From the IMG/VR virus record IMGVR_UViG_3300032302_000065: DNA of 64,000 nucleotides; one strand, given 5' to 3'. Positions within the stretch are counted from its first letter, which is position 1. Every line of letters begins with the position of its first letter. The notes under the pieces were generated by a model. It was not told where the DNA came from. It worked only from the letters and a program-made list of their open reading frames with translations, and searched no databases. The translations under genes and the position numbers were made by a program. The DNA is from a virus (taxonomy: Duplodnaviria; Caudoviricetes). Positions 44,919-53,920 of the stretch are shown in pieces.

Positions 44919-44947
44919 AGTATAACAGAGTATTTATGGTAAGTCAA
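44919..44947 (-). promoter_or_regulatory. sigma70-type early promoter
   Basis: TTGACT-N17-TATACT on minus strand. Confidence 0.7.
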
Positions 44948-44960
44948 GGGTTATTCAAAC

Positions 44961-44978
44961 TGTTGTTTTTACGCAACA
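44961..44978. promoter_or_regulatory. palindromic operator TGTTG-N8-CAACA
   Basis: TGTTGTTTTTACGCAACA. Confidence 0.55.
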
Positions 44979-47168
44979 TTAAGCAATTTCCTTGATTACT
45001 TTAGAGAGAAGAACACGATTAGTCAAACGGTTTTGGTTCATTTTCAAGAATGCGCCTTTCAACTTACGTGCGGAAACATCTTTGGCTTCGCCAAGAATGT
45101 CTGATAGCGAATCATCTTCGGTAGACAAATCATCACCACCAGGAATCAGAAAATATTCTGAGTAGCCATATCCGTTAACAGAGAAGAATTTCTCATTACG
45201 GAATTGTTTGTACTTATCTTCTGTCATTATCATGTTGAAACGATCCATTGCATTTTGGAAGTAACGTTTGCTTTTTGGCAGAATGTAGAATCCAATCAAA
45301 TTGCAACCAGTACGATCCTTTAGAATTTCCAACAGAGTAGGTGTTACACCTTTGTCACTTACACGATAAGTTTTTGCTGAATCTTTATCTTCAATGTAAG
45401 ATACTGATCGGCGGTCAGAAGGTCCGATACGCTGGTGGCTATGTCCCAATTCATCATCGGTCCAAAGAGTAGTGGAATCTTCTCCGTCAGTCAAAAAGAT
45501 AACATTCACAATTTCTGACCGAGTGCGTTTACGGAAATCATTCACAACATTAGATGCAACTTGAATTGTCGCATTCAACGGAGTACCACCAAGTTTCATA
45601 TTATCACAGATAAAATTGGACTTGTAATTTCTACGGTGATTTACATAGGGCTGATATGCCTCGGCCACTTGCAACAAGTCATTTGCAAATTTGCGATATG
45701 TTGCATTCTTCATACTGCTAGACAAAATGTTTAACAGAGAAAAATTATCAATTTGCAATTGACCATTTGTTGTAGGAACGTATTCTTTTCGAATTCCTTT
45801 ATTGCACTCAGTACTGAAAGCATAAACATCAAAAGGAACATTCACTTTGCGGCAGAATGTTGCCATTGTAATCAACTGTTCAATTGTGCCAGACATATTG
45901 TCCATCATAGAACCAGACCAGTCAATGAACATCACAATACCGTGATTCTTACCTTCTGCAACAGAACCAATCTTACGGAAGATATCGTCATTGAATTTGT
46001 AAGTATGCAACTTGTTGGTGTCCAATGTACCAGTATCAGAGACTGTTACACGGCGCAACTCAGCCGCTTTCTTTTTCATTTCGAATTCTTTTACAAGATA
46101 CGCAATTGGATTCTTATTCTTGGCTTCGAATTTTGTTAGCAAAGTAGAATCATAACGTTCATAGTCTCTCAACTCAGGATCATTGTAAAAGTTATCTTCA
46201 AAGAACTTCAATTCTTTAAAAGGAACAATATATTCTTTTACGTTGATTTGATTCTGGCTAGCAATCTTGCCGATGTAAATTTCTTTTGTCTCGGCAAGAC
46301 TCTTCAATGATTTTTGCAAACGTTCATCGGTTACAGACTTCACCTCATCATTGTATGCCCGCAATTCATTAGGCATAACATCTTCGAATGTTGGTGCATT
46401 GGAGTAACCATTGTCAAAATTTTCTTCTGGTTCTTCATCATCAAAACCATCATCAAAACCAGAATCAAAGTCATTTGGATTTTTGTCTTCATAGTCTTCG
46501 ATACCTTCACCGCTACCGAAACTATCATCATCAAAATCTTCATTGTCATCAAATTCGCCATCAGCCTTACGCTTTTCGAATTCTTGTTCGGCTTCTTTAC
46601 GTTTTTGTTCTAATTCTGCTTTGCAGAAATCATACAAACGTTCAGAGATATCTTTCACTTGTTCAAACGAATCTGCATTTTCAACTTCGTTAACGTATAC
46701 CATTTCTTCGGCATTGAATTTAATGCCTGCAATAGCACCAAGTTTAAAATGCAAATTGATTCTATCAATCAGCATCATTGCATTTACATCTTGACCTTTG
46801 ATGCCAAAGAAGTCACGTTCAGTAAATTGACGATACGCAATAGACATTGGTTTACGCAAACCAGGATAACGATCTTTGATTTTACGTTCAATACGTGCAT
46901 CCTCAACCACATTCAAAAATGTAGCATATCCAGATGAACCAGCCTTTGCGGCATCAACGTATGATTGTGGTGTGTCTAATGCGTGACCAACTTCATGCCC
47001 GACCAACAGGTCAGTTATTTCAGGTGTAACGTCATTTAGAATAGGAAGAGTAAGACGGCGATTCACGATATCGAATGATGCAGTTTGCACCTTACGATAT
47101 TCTACCGAAATATTCTCTGTAGCAAGTAACTTTGCTAAAGTGGATTTTGAAAGTTGTTTATTAAGCAT
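44979..47168 (-). CDS. metallopeptidase-like + VWA domain protein (CobT-like partner)
   Basis: HEVGH, EDARIE, acidic linker, DWSGSM MIDAS, GTPL, LTDGE. Confidence 0.85.
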   Translation of the reverse strand: MLNKQLSKSTLAKLLATENISVEYRKVQTASFDIVNRRLTLPILNDVTPEITDLLVGHEVGHALDTPQSYVDAAKAGSSGYATFLNVVEDARIERKIKDRYPGLRKPMSIAYRQFTERDFFGIKGQDVNAMMLIDRINLHFKLGAIAGIKFNAEEMVYVNEVENADSFEQVKDISERLYDFCKAELEQKRKEAEQEFEKRKADGEFDDNEDFDDDSFGSGEGIEDYEDKNPNDFDSGFDDGFDDEEPEENFDNGYSNAPTFEDVMPNELRAYNDEVKSVTDERLQKSLKSLAETKEIYIGKIASQNQINVKEYIVPFKELKFFEDNFYNDPELRDYERYDSTLLTKFEAKNKNPIAYLVKEFEMKKKAAELRRVTVSDTGTLDTNKLHTYKFNDDIFRKIGSVAEGKNHGIVMFIDWSGSMMDNMSGTIEQLITMATFCRKVNVPFDVYAFSTECNKGIRKEYVPTTNGQLQIDNFSLLNILSSSMKNATYRKFANDLLQVAEAYQPYVNHRRNYKSNFICDNMKLGGTPLNATIQVASNVVNDFRKRTRSEIVNVIFLTDGEDSTTLWTDDELGHSHQRIGPSDRRSVSYIEDKDSAKTYRVSDKGVTPTLLEILKDRTGCNLIGFYILPKSKRYFQNAMDRFNMIMTEDKYKQFRNEKFFSVNGYGYSEYFLIPGGDDLSTEDDSLSDILGEAKDVSARKLKGAFLKMNQNRLTNRVLLSKVIKEIA

Positions 47169-47199
47169 GTATGTATCTTAACTCAAGTAAATTAAAATG

Positions 47200-47799
47200 T
47201 CAAGCGGTTTCTGCAACAGGTTGTTGTGCCGTTGCAACAGTCTTGGGACGAATGATAACTGTCTGTGGCACTTCAATGTCACCTTGTTTATAGTAGCGGT
47301 GCATCTTTACAGTAGCGGTGATAGTGGCAGTCTCGCCTTCAGCAGGAAAATCTGCATTACCGCTGAATACGATAACATTGCCAGCGGCATCTTCACAAAT
47401 ACGGAGAAGGCTGGTGCCAGAATCATAGTAGTGGAAGCGAGGACGATCAACCACAATTGCTTTTTTAACTGTAAGGGTAACAGTAATTTTTTTCTTTTCA
47501 GTACCAACGAATGTGCGGGTTGCATTTTTAGCAACCGCCTCGGCTTGCCATTGCGCTTTACGTTCGGCAAAGGTTGCCATAGACTTGCGTACAGCAAGGA
47601 CTTGTTTTTCCGTTAACTTGCCGTAGGTGTCCAACGAATGAAGAAGGTTTGAGTAAAACGAATTTTTGTAATTAGCATTCAGGAACGTGACAATATCACC
47701 AGCATCAGGATATGTCCTGTAGAAAGTTTTGGTGGCATTGTTCAAGATGTTGCGCTTGATAGCGGCTTCGTAGGCACCAGGACGTTCGATATGTGACAT
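47200..47799 (-). CDS. early hypothetical protein with OB-fold-like C-terminus
   Basis: GKLTEKQV, DAAGNVIVF, ITATVKMH..Y, QTVIIRP. Confidence 0.65.
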   Translation of the reverse strand: MSHIERPGAYEAAIKRNILNNATKTFYRTYPDAGDIVTFLNANYKNSFYSNLLHSLDTYGKLTEKQVLAVRKSMATFAERKAQWQAEAVAKNATRTFVGTEKKKITVTLTVKKAIVVDRPRFHYYDSGTSLLRICEDAAGNVIVFSGNADFPAEGETATITATVKMHRYYKQGDIEVPQTVIIRPKTVATAQQPVAETA

Positions 47800-47832
47800 G
47801 TAAATTCCTCTGTAATCTCAATCTATGTATAC

Positions 47833-47860
47833 AGTATAGCACACTAGGAACTGAAGTCAA
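47833..47860 (-). promoter_or_regulatory. sigma70-type early promoter
   Basis: TTGACT...TGCTATACT on minus strand. Confidence 0.7.
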
Positions 47861-47876
47861 CGATTATTTTACATAG

Positions 47877-47916
47877 TGTAGCATCAAAACAACACATTTG
47901 TCGCATTTAAGCAACA
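47877..47916. promoter_or_regulatory. two tandem TGTNG-N8-CAACA palindromes
   Basis: TGTAGCATCAAAACAACA (47877-47894) and TGTCGCATTTAAGCAACA (47899-47916). Confidence 0.5.
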
Positions 47917-47950
47917 TTTGCCTAAAATAAGGGTAAAAAACCCTTTAAAA

Positions 47951-48478
47951 TCAACGGTCTATAGAGGCGTTTTTGGCAATTTTGGTTTCTACAATGCTTG
48001 TCAATACTTTTATGTCAAGATTAAACCATTCGCCTTTAATATTATATGGTTTTAACTCACATAAAATATCATCTTCAATTTGAAATATGGAATTCATCTT
48101 AGGACTAGTATAGTAAGTATAAATTTCTTCGGGTGAAGCGGTTTGTAATGCAGTAACTCTTCTTTCTATTCTTCCAGTTGTCATACCGACCTTATATGGT
48201 CCGTTTTTATGCCCAACGATGTAAATAATTCCTGATGTATTTTTTATTACATTAGCACCATCAAATTTTCTTTGATATATTTCTTTGCCTTTTCTACTCA
48301 ATCCCAATGATTTTTTTTCTAAGTTTTTTCTTTGGTGATAAGAGTTATAGCATTTTTTACATATGCTCTCACGTAATTCTTTATTGACGATTTTACCCAA
48401 AAAGGTATTGCTGAAATTATTTTCGTTTGCTTCTAGAATAGATTCACACGTAATGCATCTTATTGTGTTGTGTATCAT
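47951..48478 (-). CDS. GIY-YIG (T5orf172/MUG113-like) endonuclease with N-terminal Zn finger
   Basis: CITC...CKKC; IYIV...YKVGMT...RR...LQT...E....GEWF. Confidence 0.8.
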   Translation of the reverse strand: MIHNTIRCITCESILEANENNFSNTFLGKIVNKELRESICKKCYNSYHQRKNLEKKSLGLSRKGKEIYQRKFDGANVIKNTSGIIYIVGHKNGPYKVGMTTGRIERRVTALQTASPEEIYTYYTSPKMNSIFQIEDDILCELKPYNIKGEWFNLDIKVLTSIVETKIAKNASIDR

Positions 48479-48489
48479 AAGAGTAATAA

Positions 48490-49080
48490 TTATATAAAAA
48501 AATTATTTAGATTAGATTTCACAATCAAAGATCCATTTTTTTGTTGAGTATTATAATTGATAGACTCTATGAAAGTATTCAATGAATATTTTTCCGATAA
48601 TTCGAAATGGTTGTCGATTCCCATAGTTTGTATAGGTAAAAAAATATCATAGTGTCCATCATCAATCATTCTATCGAATACTTCAATAACTATTTCTCTT
48701 GCTTTTATTGCCTGTATTGAATTTTCTCTGAATGCAAACACCGCAATAAATCCCAATTTGTAATGTGGATGTTTTCTTTTTAAATCTATCGATGATCCTA
48801 GTGCTTCTTCAATGCGATTATTTTTATTTCCAGAAATACCTTTTGCAGTAAATGTCTTATACTCAATTGCAACGTTAATATCAGGAAAATGCATATCCCA
48901 ACTTTTTCTATTACGATATGCACACGTTATAAACGATTCTGGAATGCCTTTAGTAGGTATTCTCTCATTCAAGTAATCATTCAATTTACTAAAATGATTG
49001 TCACCTCTAATTTTAAAGGTATCTTGATCGGTGCCTACCGTATTCCAATAATGATTCAGCACTTCATTGATTGAAGTCAT
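48490..49080 (-). CDS. PaeR7I/XhoI-like type II restriction endonuclease
   Basis: KSWD...AIEYK...GNKNNRIEEALG...DL pattern. Confidence 0.6.
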   Translation of the reverse strand: MTSINEVLNHYWNTVGTDQDTFKIRGDNHFSKLNDYLNERIPTKGIPESFITCAYRNRKSWDMHFPDINVAIEYKTFTAKGISGNKNNRIEEALGSSIDLKRKHPHYKLGFIAVFAFRENSIQAIKAREIVIEVFDRMIDDGHYDIFLPIQTMGIDNHFELSEKYSLNTFIESINYNTQQKNGSLIVKSNLNNFFI

Positions 49081-50651
49081 GGCTTGTAAAAAACAAAAAT
49101 CGGTTCATACTTCAACCACATCCCGTTTACCTTGCAGAAGTTTTTTGCTTTAGGTAAACCAGTATCAGGATCAATACGATTGCCGCCTGGCATTTGTGCG
49201 AGTGCCATTTTGACAACACCTTTGAATTGCATACCGAGTGATTCCAAAATGTCTTTGCTATCTTTTTCAAGTGGCAACATGTCAGCACCAAACTTAGCGT
49301 CAGCAATATTCCAAAGTAAGTATCTGTCATTACGCAAATACTCAACAGCAGTCTCTAGCGTTGGACGCAAGAAGCCTTCACGCCATGCATCATAGCCAGT
49401 AAACTTTTTATACGATTGAGTTGGGTCTTCACTATACGCTTCCTTAGCAAAGTAAGGAGGGCTAGTGAACACCATGTCTAATTCGCCCTTGTACTTTTGG
49501 AACGAACTATCATCTCGGACAACTTCTGAACCAAGTTGAAAAATTTCATAAGTGTTGGACTGTTCAAACAAAACTCCTTCGTTCTTTGCGGAGTTATAGA
49601 AATTAGCCAAGTCGGCATATTTAGTACTAGGACTGCCGCTATCGCCATTAATAGTGTGATCGGTATTAGGATCAGTACCCACATAGTGTAAAGGAAGAGA
49701 AGTGCGAGAAGCCATAGCACCCAAAATGCGCCCACCCCAACCAGAAGAGGGATCGTAAACAACAATTCTATCTTGGTTCTTAACGTGTCTAGTAAATTTT
49801 TCATAAAGTAATTTTGCAGTCAATGGTGGGAAGTTAACAGCATATTGGCACCACGATACACGGAATGCTTTCAAGCCAACAGGAAAAATCTTTTGTCCAT
49901 ACTTGTACATACGCAGACGATATTTCTTCTGGTCATGCGACTTTATGTTCATTGTAGACTTAGATGGAATTGTCTCTAGAATATCTTGCGTCACTTCAAG
50001 ATACTTTGCACCTTTGAGTTCTTCGTTGTAGCCAGTATACTCCTCATCGTCATCACGACTCTCTACCCAATAGTCATAACCATATTGACGAATGTTGTTC
50101 TCTTCAAACCAACGAACAAAGTCATTGCCATTCTTAAACTTCACGTTATAAGAACCAACGTTGATAATCTCATTGACTTTGATTGTGTTTGAATATGCAT
50201 AGAATGAATCACGCTTGAAGTGTCGTTTAGAATACTTCAATGTCTTCTCAAGTAATTCATTTTTTAGAAAGTGGTCATAGATTGAAAGACCATCATCATT
50301 CTTAGTATAGTTGATACGTGTCTTCATCATAGTTGGGAACCATTGATTAGCCGCATTGCCAACTACGCTAGTATTTCGAATTACATCTTTTTCACCAGTC
50401 AATTCATCAACGTGTTCAAATTCGTGTACAGGAAATCCATACATCTCTTTGAATTGTTTTTTGATTGCATCTTCATCCCAACCAACTCTTGGTGGCTGAC
50501 CCATAGTGTCCCATGAATGTACAACTGCTTTACGCAAATCGATAAACCATTGACGAAATTCGTCTTCACTCATCCATTGCACTTCTTCAAATGTCTTGTT
50601 TGTTTCATGGTTCAACAACCAATCATTACGTTCATAAAAATGTTTTGTCAT
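49077..50651 (-). CDS. large amino-(N6A/N4C) DNA methyltransferase-like protein
   Basis: DPSSGWGGR (motif I), YVGTDPN, FTSPPYF (motif IV). Confidence 0.8.
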   Translation of the reverse strand: MTKHFYERNDWLLNHETNKTFEEVQWMSEDEFRQWFIDLRKAVVHSWDTMGQPPRVGWDEDAIKKQFKEMYGFPVHEFEHVDELTGEKDVIRNTSVVGNAANQWFPTMMKTRINYTKNDDGLSIYDHFLKNELLEKTLKYSKRHFKRDSFYAYSNTIKVNEIINVGSYNVKFKNGNDFVRWFEENNIRQYGYDYWVESRDDDEEYTGYNEELKGAKYLEVTQDILETIPSKSTMNIKSHDQKKYRLRMYKYGQKIFPVGLKAFRVSWCQYAVNFPPLTAKLLYEKFTRHVKNQDRIVVYDPSSGWGGRILGAMASRTSLPLHYVGTDPNTDHTINGDSGSPSTKYADLANFYNSAKNEGVLFEQSNTYEIFQLGSEVVRDDSSFQKYKGELDMVFTSPPYFAKEAYSEDPTQSYKKFTGYDAWREGFLRPTLETAVEYLRNDRYLLWNIADAKFGADMLPLEKDSKDILESLGMQFKGVVKMALAQMPGGNRIDPDTGLPKAKNFCKVNGMWLKYEPIFVFYKP

Positions 50652-51112
50652 GTTATTTGTTTTACTGTTATTCCGCATTTATTTAGGAAACTGATTCCTG
50701 CATCATCACGGTAGTCTTCACCGTAAAATACTTCTTTAATGCCGCTTTGAAATATCATTTTAGCACAATCCATGCATGGAGCGCAAGTGATAAACATACT
50801 TGCACCATCACCACTCTCGGTAGACTTTGCTAGTTTAGCAATCGCATTAGACTCCGCATGGAGAACTTCAGGTTTTGTTTTGAGTTCTGTTTTTTTTGTT
50901 AGAGAAAAAACGCCAGAAGAAATTTCTTCTTGGGTAATAAACATGTCTTCACAATTGTTGTCCCATCCACTTGGCATACCATTGTAACCGATTGAAATAA
51001 TGCGATCATCTTTAACAACAACCGCACCAACATGTTTACGTCTTGCGCTACTCAATTCTGCAAAGATTCTTGCAGTCTTCATATATGCGCCTAAATATTT
51101 TTCTTTAATCAT
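50648..51112 (-). CDS. dCMP deaminase
   Basis: VGAVVV, SIGYNG, HAESNAI, PCMDC. Confidence 0.92.
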   Translation of the reverse strand: MIKEKYLGAYMKTARIFAELSSARRKHVGAVVVKDDRIISIGYNGMPSGWDNNCEDMFITQEEISSGVFSLTKKTELKTKPEVLHAESNAIAKLAKSTESGDGASMFITCAPCMDCAKMIFQSGIKEVFYGEDYRDDAGISFLNKCGITVKQIT

Positions 51113-51362
51113 TTTCTTCTTTGTACTTTTCAGTCTGTTCAAAACGTTTTTCTTGAATCGTTTTTTCTTTCCATACTTTTCTAGGATTTGCACACATCAC
51201 ACAGTTAGGATTTCCGCAGTTCATTGCATGATGTTTAGCAAGTTCATGTGGTGTTTTAACTGGCACATTATGCGCTTTTGCAATTTTCAATTGCTTTCGT
51301 ATTGCATTTTCATCTTTAAGGATTCGTTTAGAATGTTTAAATTTATCTTCTTCTGTACTCAT
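51105..51362 (-). CDS. small basic Cys/His protein
   Basis: KHHAMNCGNPNCVMCANPR. Confidence 0.7.
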   Translation of the reverse strand: MSTEEDKFKHSKRILKDENAIRKQLKIAKAHNVPVKTPHELAKHHAMNCGNPNCVMCANPRKVWKEKTIQEKRFEQTEKYKEEND

Positions 51363-51385
51363 GTTTCGACTCCTTTGAATATTGA

Positions 51386-52150
51386 TTACGCTACATTCCA
51401 GATTAGTGCGCCTGGTTTCCCGCTACTCACTACAAACTGCCAAAGTTTAGCATCGTAGTATTTCTCAGATGGATATGGTGGTGCTTGACTCTCTTCAACT
51501 ACTTGGTCATACTTGTATGGCGAACGCATTGTCACAGCACGACCTTTTTCGTAGTCACTCATCTTATGTCCAATCTCTACTGCATATGCAGGCACATCAG
51601 GAAATGCCATTTGCAATCCACGATTCAATGTTCCGCTTGATGCAACAGTCCAAATCTCTTTTGGTTTGATTTTCAAATCTCTAGCGACTTTAACAATCGA
51701 TGCAAGCACAGATGGATGCTCTAAACCCAAAGGTAAACATTGTCTGCGCTTTGTGTCTTCTTCTTGGTAACGTCTTGCTTTTGCTTTTGTCACAGTAAGC
51801 ATACCATTGTCAACCCAATGAATAGTGCCTCCAAGGTCAAGCACTCTTTGCTGATGCCATGTAGGCTCTTTGCGTTTAGCCATGAAGAATGTTGCTTTTT
51901 TTCCATAGAGATTACACACATGTGTTAATGATATAGGACCCCAACCAACTTTGTTTGCACCACCAAAGACCCATTCGTCACATTCGGTAGTCTTCACAAG
52001 ATGGTCAATGAATCGACTTTTACTTCCATACTCTAACAAGTCATCACGCACAACATGAAAGCCGTTGTGCATCTCAACTATCGGTGCAGGATTTGGGTCT
52101 TTCCAATCTTTAATTATATCAGAAACTTCTTCAGGATACAAGCGACTCAT
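51386..52150 (-). CDS. PLP-dependent fold-type II enzyme (ACC deaminase/cysteine synthase-like)
   Basis: VVRDDLL..GSK.R (Schiff-base Lys), ASSGTL phosphate loop, YYDAK. Confidence 0.7.
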   Translation of the reverse strand: MSRLYPEEVSDIIKDWKDPNPAPIVEMHNGFHVVRDDLLEYGSKSRFIDHLVKTTECDEWVFGGANKVGWGPISLTHVCNLYGKKATFFMAKRKEPTWHQQRVLDLGGTIHWVDNGMLTVTKAKARRYQEEDTKRRQCLPLGLEHPSVLASIVKVARDLKIKPKEIWTVASSGTLNRGLQMAFPDVPAYAVEIGHKMSDYEKGRAVTMRSPYKYDQVVEESQAPPYPSEKYYDAKLWQFVVSSGKPGALIWNVA

Positions 52151-53231
52151 ACAGTTCTCCTTCAGAAATTGCATCGATAACTAAGTGAATTCTATTATCT
52201 GTTCCATTGTTGATTGCTTGATGTGGCTTACGTGTATCTAAGAACCACAAGTCTCCAACTTCCATATGCACCTTTTGTGGATTACCTTTTGTGTCCCACA
52301 CAGTAAAAATCATGTTTGGATTGGTAATGATTGGTATGTGTAGTCTTGCTAGTTTGCCTTTAGAGCCACCAGAGTCTTTATCAACTTGATCGGTGTGTCG
52401 TTCTAGTTCTCCACCGCCAGGTTTCAATTGCATGAAACGAACACGATGCACTTCTTTGTATTTACTCAACAACTCACGCACTTCAGGAAACATATCATAG
52501 AGTGGTGTATCTTGCAATTCAAATTTTACATCTTTGTTTTTTTCTTTCCAGTCATCACTCATCTCTGAAGGCTTTGTAATGAATTCTGGTTCTGGACGAT
52601 AACCACGTAGTGACAATGCAGACCATGCTTTGTCTTTGTTGTAGTTACTGTAATGATTTGTGAATGCAGGCAATGTTGCTAACTTGGCAGAAACAGATTC
52701 AATAAACTCTGGTGTGATTGAACCAATCTTTTTAATGCTTAGATATTCTGTTGATTCTACTTTAGGAAACGAACGTGGAATAGGACTGTTACTCTTAAAA
52801 TAAATCGCATGTACTTCTCCATATGTTGTAATCTTTGGACCAACATAACAGAAACCCAACTCTTCAGCCATTGCACAATGTTGTTTGTTCTCTGCCCATA
52901 CAGTCAACCAAAAATTATTTCCAACTATCATAGAAATTTTTTGTTTGATCGTATTAATGTTACCAGAAAGTTTTCCGATTGAAATATCACCTTTTAATTT
53001 TTTAGCAATAACTGTGTCGCCGTGCATTGTAATGTCCGATGCAACTTTGTTAATTGTCACATCAAGCATTGCATCATCAAGAACCATAAGAGTTTCGTTT
53101 TTCAATGACTCTGCAATGTTGTTCTTCTTATACTTTGCAAAAGGAGATAACGTATATGCATTGTAGTCTGCGTACTGTGCTTCAAGTCCTTTAAGATAGT
53201 CTATATCAAATCCATGTTGCCAAGGTTTCAT
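52131..53231 (-). CDS. GNAT-like domain fused to Asp/Asn beta-hydroxylase-type 2OG-Fe(II) oxygenase
   Basis: LTVWAEN....AEELGF..G (GNAT motif B); RVRFMQL, HTD, RLHIP, DTRKPH, RIHLVID. Confidence 0.7.
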   Translation of the reverse strand: MKPWQHGFDIDYLKGLEAQYADYNAYTLSPFAKYKKNNIAESLKNETLMVLDDAMLDVTINKVASDITMHGDTVIAKKLKGDISIGKLSGNINTIKQKISMIVGNNFWLTVWAENKQHCAMAEELGFCYVGPKITTYGEVHAIYFKSNSPIPRSFPKVESTEYLSIKKIGSITPEFIESVSAKLATLPAFTNHYSNYNKDKAWSALSLRGYRPEPEFITKPSEMSDDWKEKNKDVKFELQDTPLYDMFPEVRELLSKYKEVHRVRFMQLKPGGGELERHTDQVDKDSGGSKGKLARLHIPIITNPNMIFTVWDTKGNPQKVHMEVGDLWFLDTRKPHQAINNGTDNRIHLVIDAISEGELYESLVS

Positions 53232-53731
53232 TATTTTACCTTACGTTTTAGAATCATACGTTTGCGTAATGCACGTTGTGTTTCAAATGATGAAGCCTTT
53301 TGAGTATACACTTTTCCAATCATATGGTCAAATTCATGTAATGCAATTCGTGCAGTCATACCAATAAACTTTTCGGTTGTAGTGCTTCCATCTTCTTTCT
53401 GATAACGAATACGAACGCCATCTGGACGTTTTACATTCAAATACAGTAGTGGAAAACTTAAACAACCTTCTTTCATTACAAGTTCTTTATCTGATACATC
53501 TACAATTTTAGGATTAAAAATTGCAAAAGGCTCATCGCCAGTTCTCATAACAAAAACACGATATGGAATTCCAACTTGATTTGCTGATAATCCAAGCCCA
53601 TCACTCTCTACCATTTTATCGTGTAATGCTTGTGCGAGTTCTTTGGGATCATATGGAGGATTTGAAAAATCAAATTCAACACACTCTTGCAAAAGAACGG
53701 GAGATGTTTCTGGCACGAATTCAAGGTTCAT
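53231..53731 (-). CDS. def: peptide deformylase
   Basis: GLGLSANQVG, EGCLS, HEFDH. Confidence 0.95.
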   Translation of the reverse strand: MNLEFVPETSPVLLQECVEFDFSNPPYDPKELAQALHDKMVESDGLGLSANQVGIPYRVFVMRTGDEPFAIFNPKIVDVSDKELVMKEGCLSFPLLYLNVKRPDGVRIRYQKEDGSTTTEKFIGMTARIALHEFDHMIGKVYTQKASSFETQRALRKRMILKRKVK

Positions 53732-53909
53732 GTGTTTCTCCTCTCACATAATTTTCTGCAAAATTTTCTGCTTCATCTTGCGTCTTGAAGAATGCAACAA
53801 AGTAAGACCCTGTTTCATTTCTCATCCGCACTATAAAATTTTGTCCATCTTTATGAACGTGCGCTTCTTTATCAAAATCTGATCCGTAGTATTCGCTTAA
53901 TAATTTCAT
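53721..53909 (-). CDS. small hypothetical protein
   Basis: AENFAENYV; coupled to neighbours. Confidence 0.65.
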   Translation of the reverse strand: MKLLSEYYGSDFDKEAHVHKDGQNFIVRMRNETGSYFVAFFKTQDEAENFAENYVRGETHEP

Positions 53910-53920
53910 TATTTCACCTT

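Noticed and set aside
46380-46560. GATGAT-like repeats (also about 25490-25760)
   Set aside because: Explained by Asp/Glu-rich linker coding, not a separate repeat element.
43688-47168. CobS/CobT cobalamin-synthesis auxiliary genes
   Set aside because: No CobN or other cob genes are present; this is a generic MoxR-VWA pair.
51386-52150. True ACC deaminase
   Set aside because: It is shorter than ACC deaminases and only the fold-type II PLP motifs are shared; the substrate cannot be assigned.
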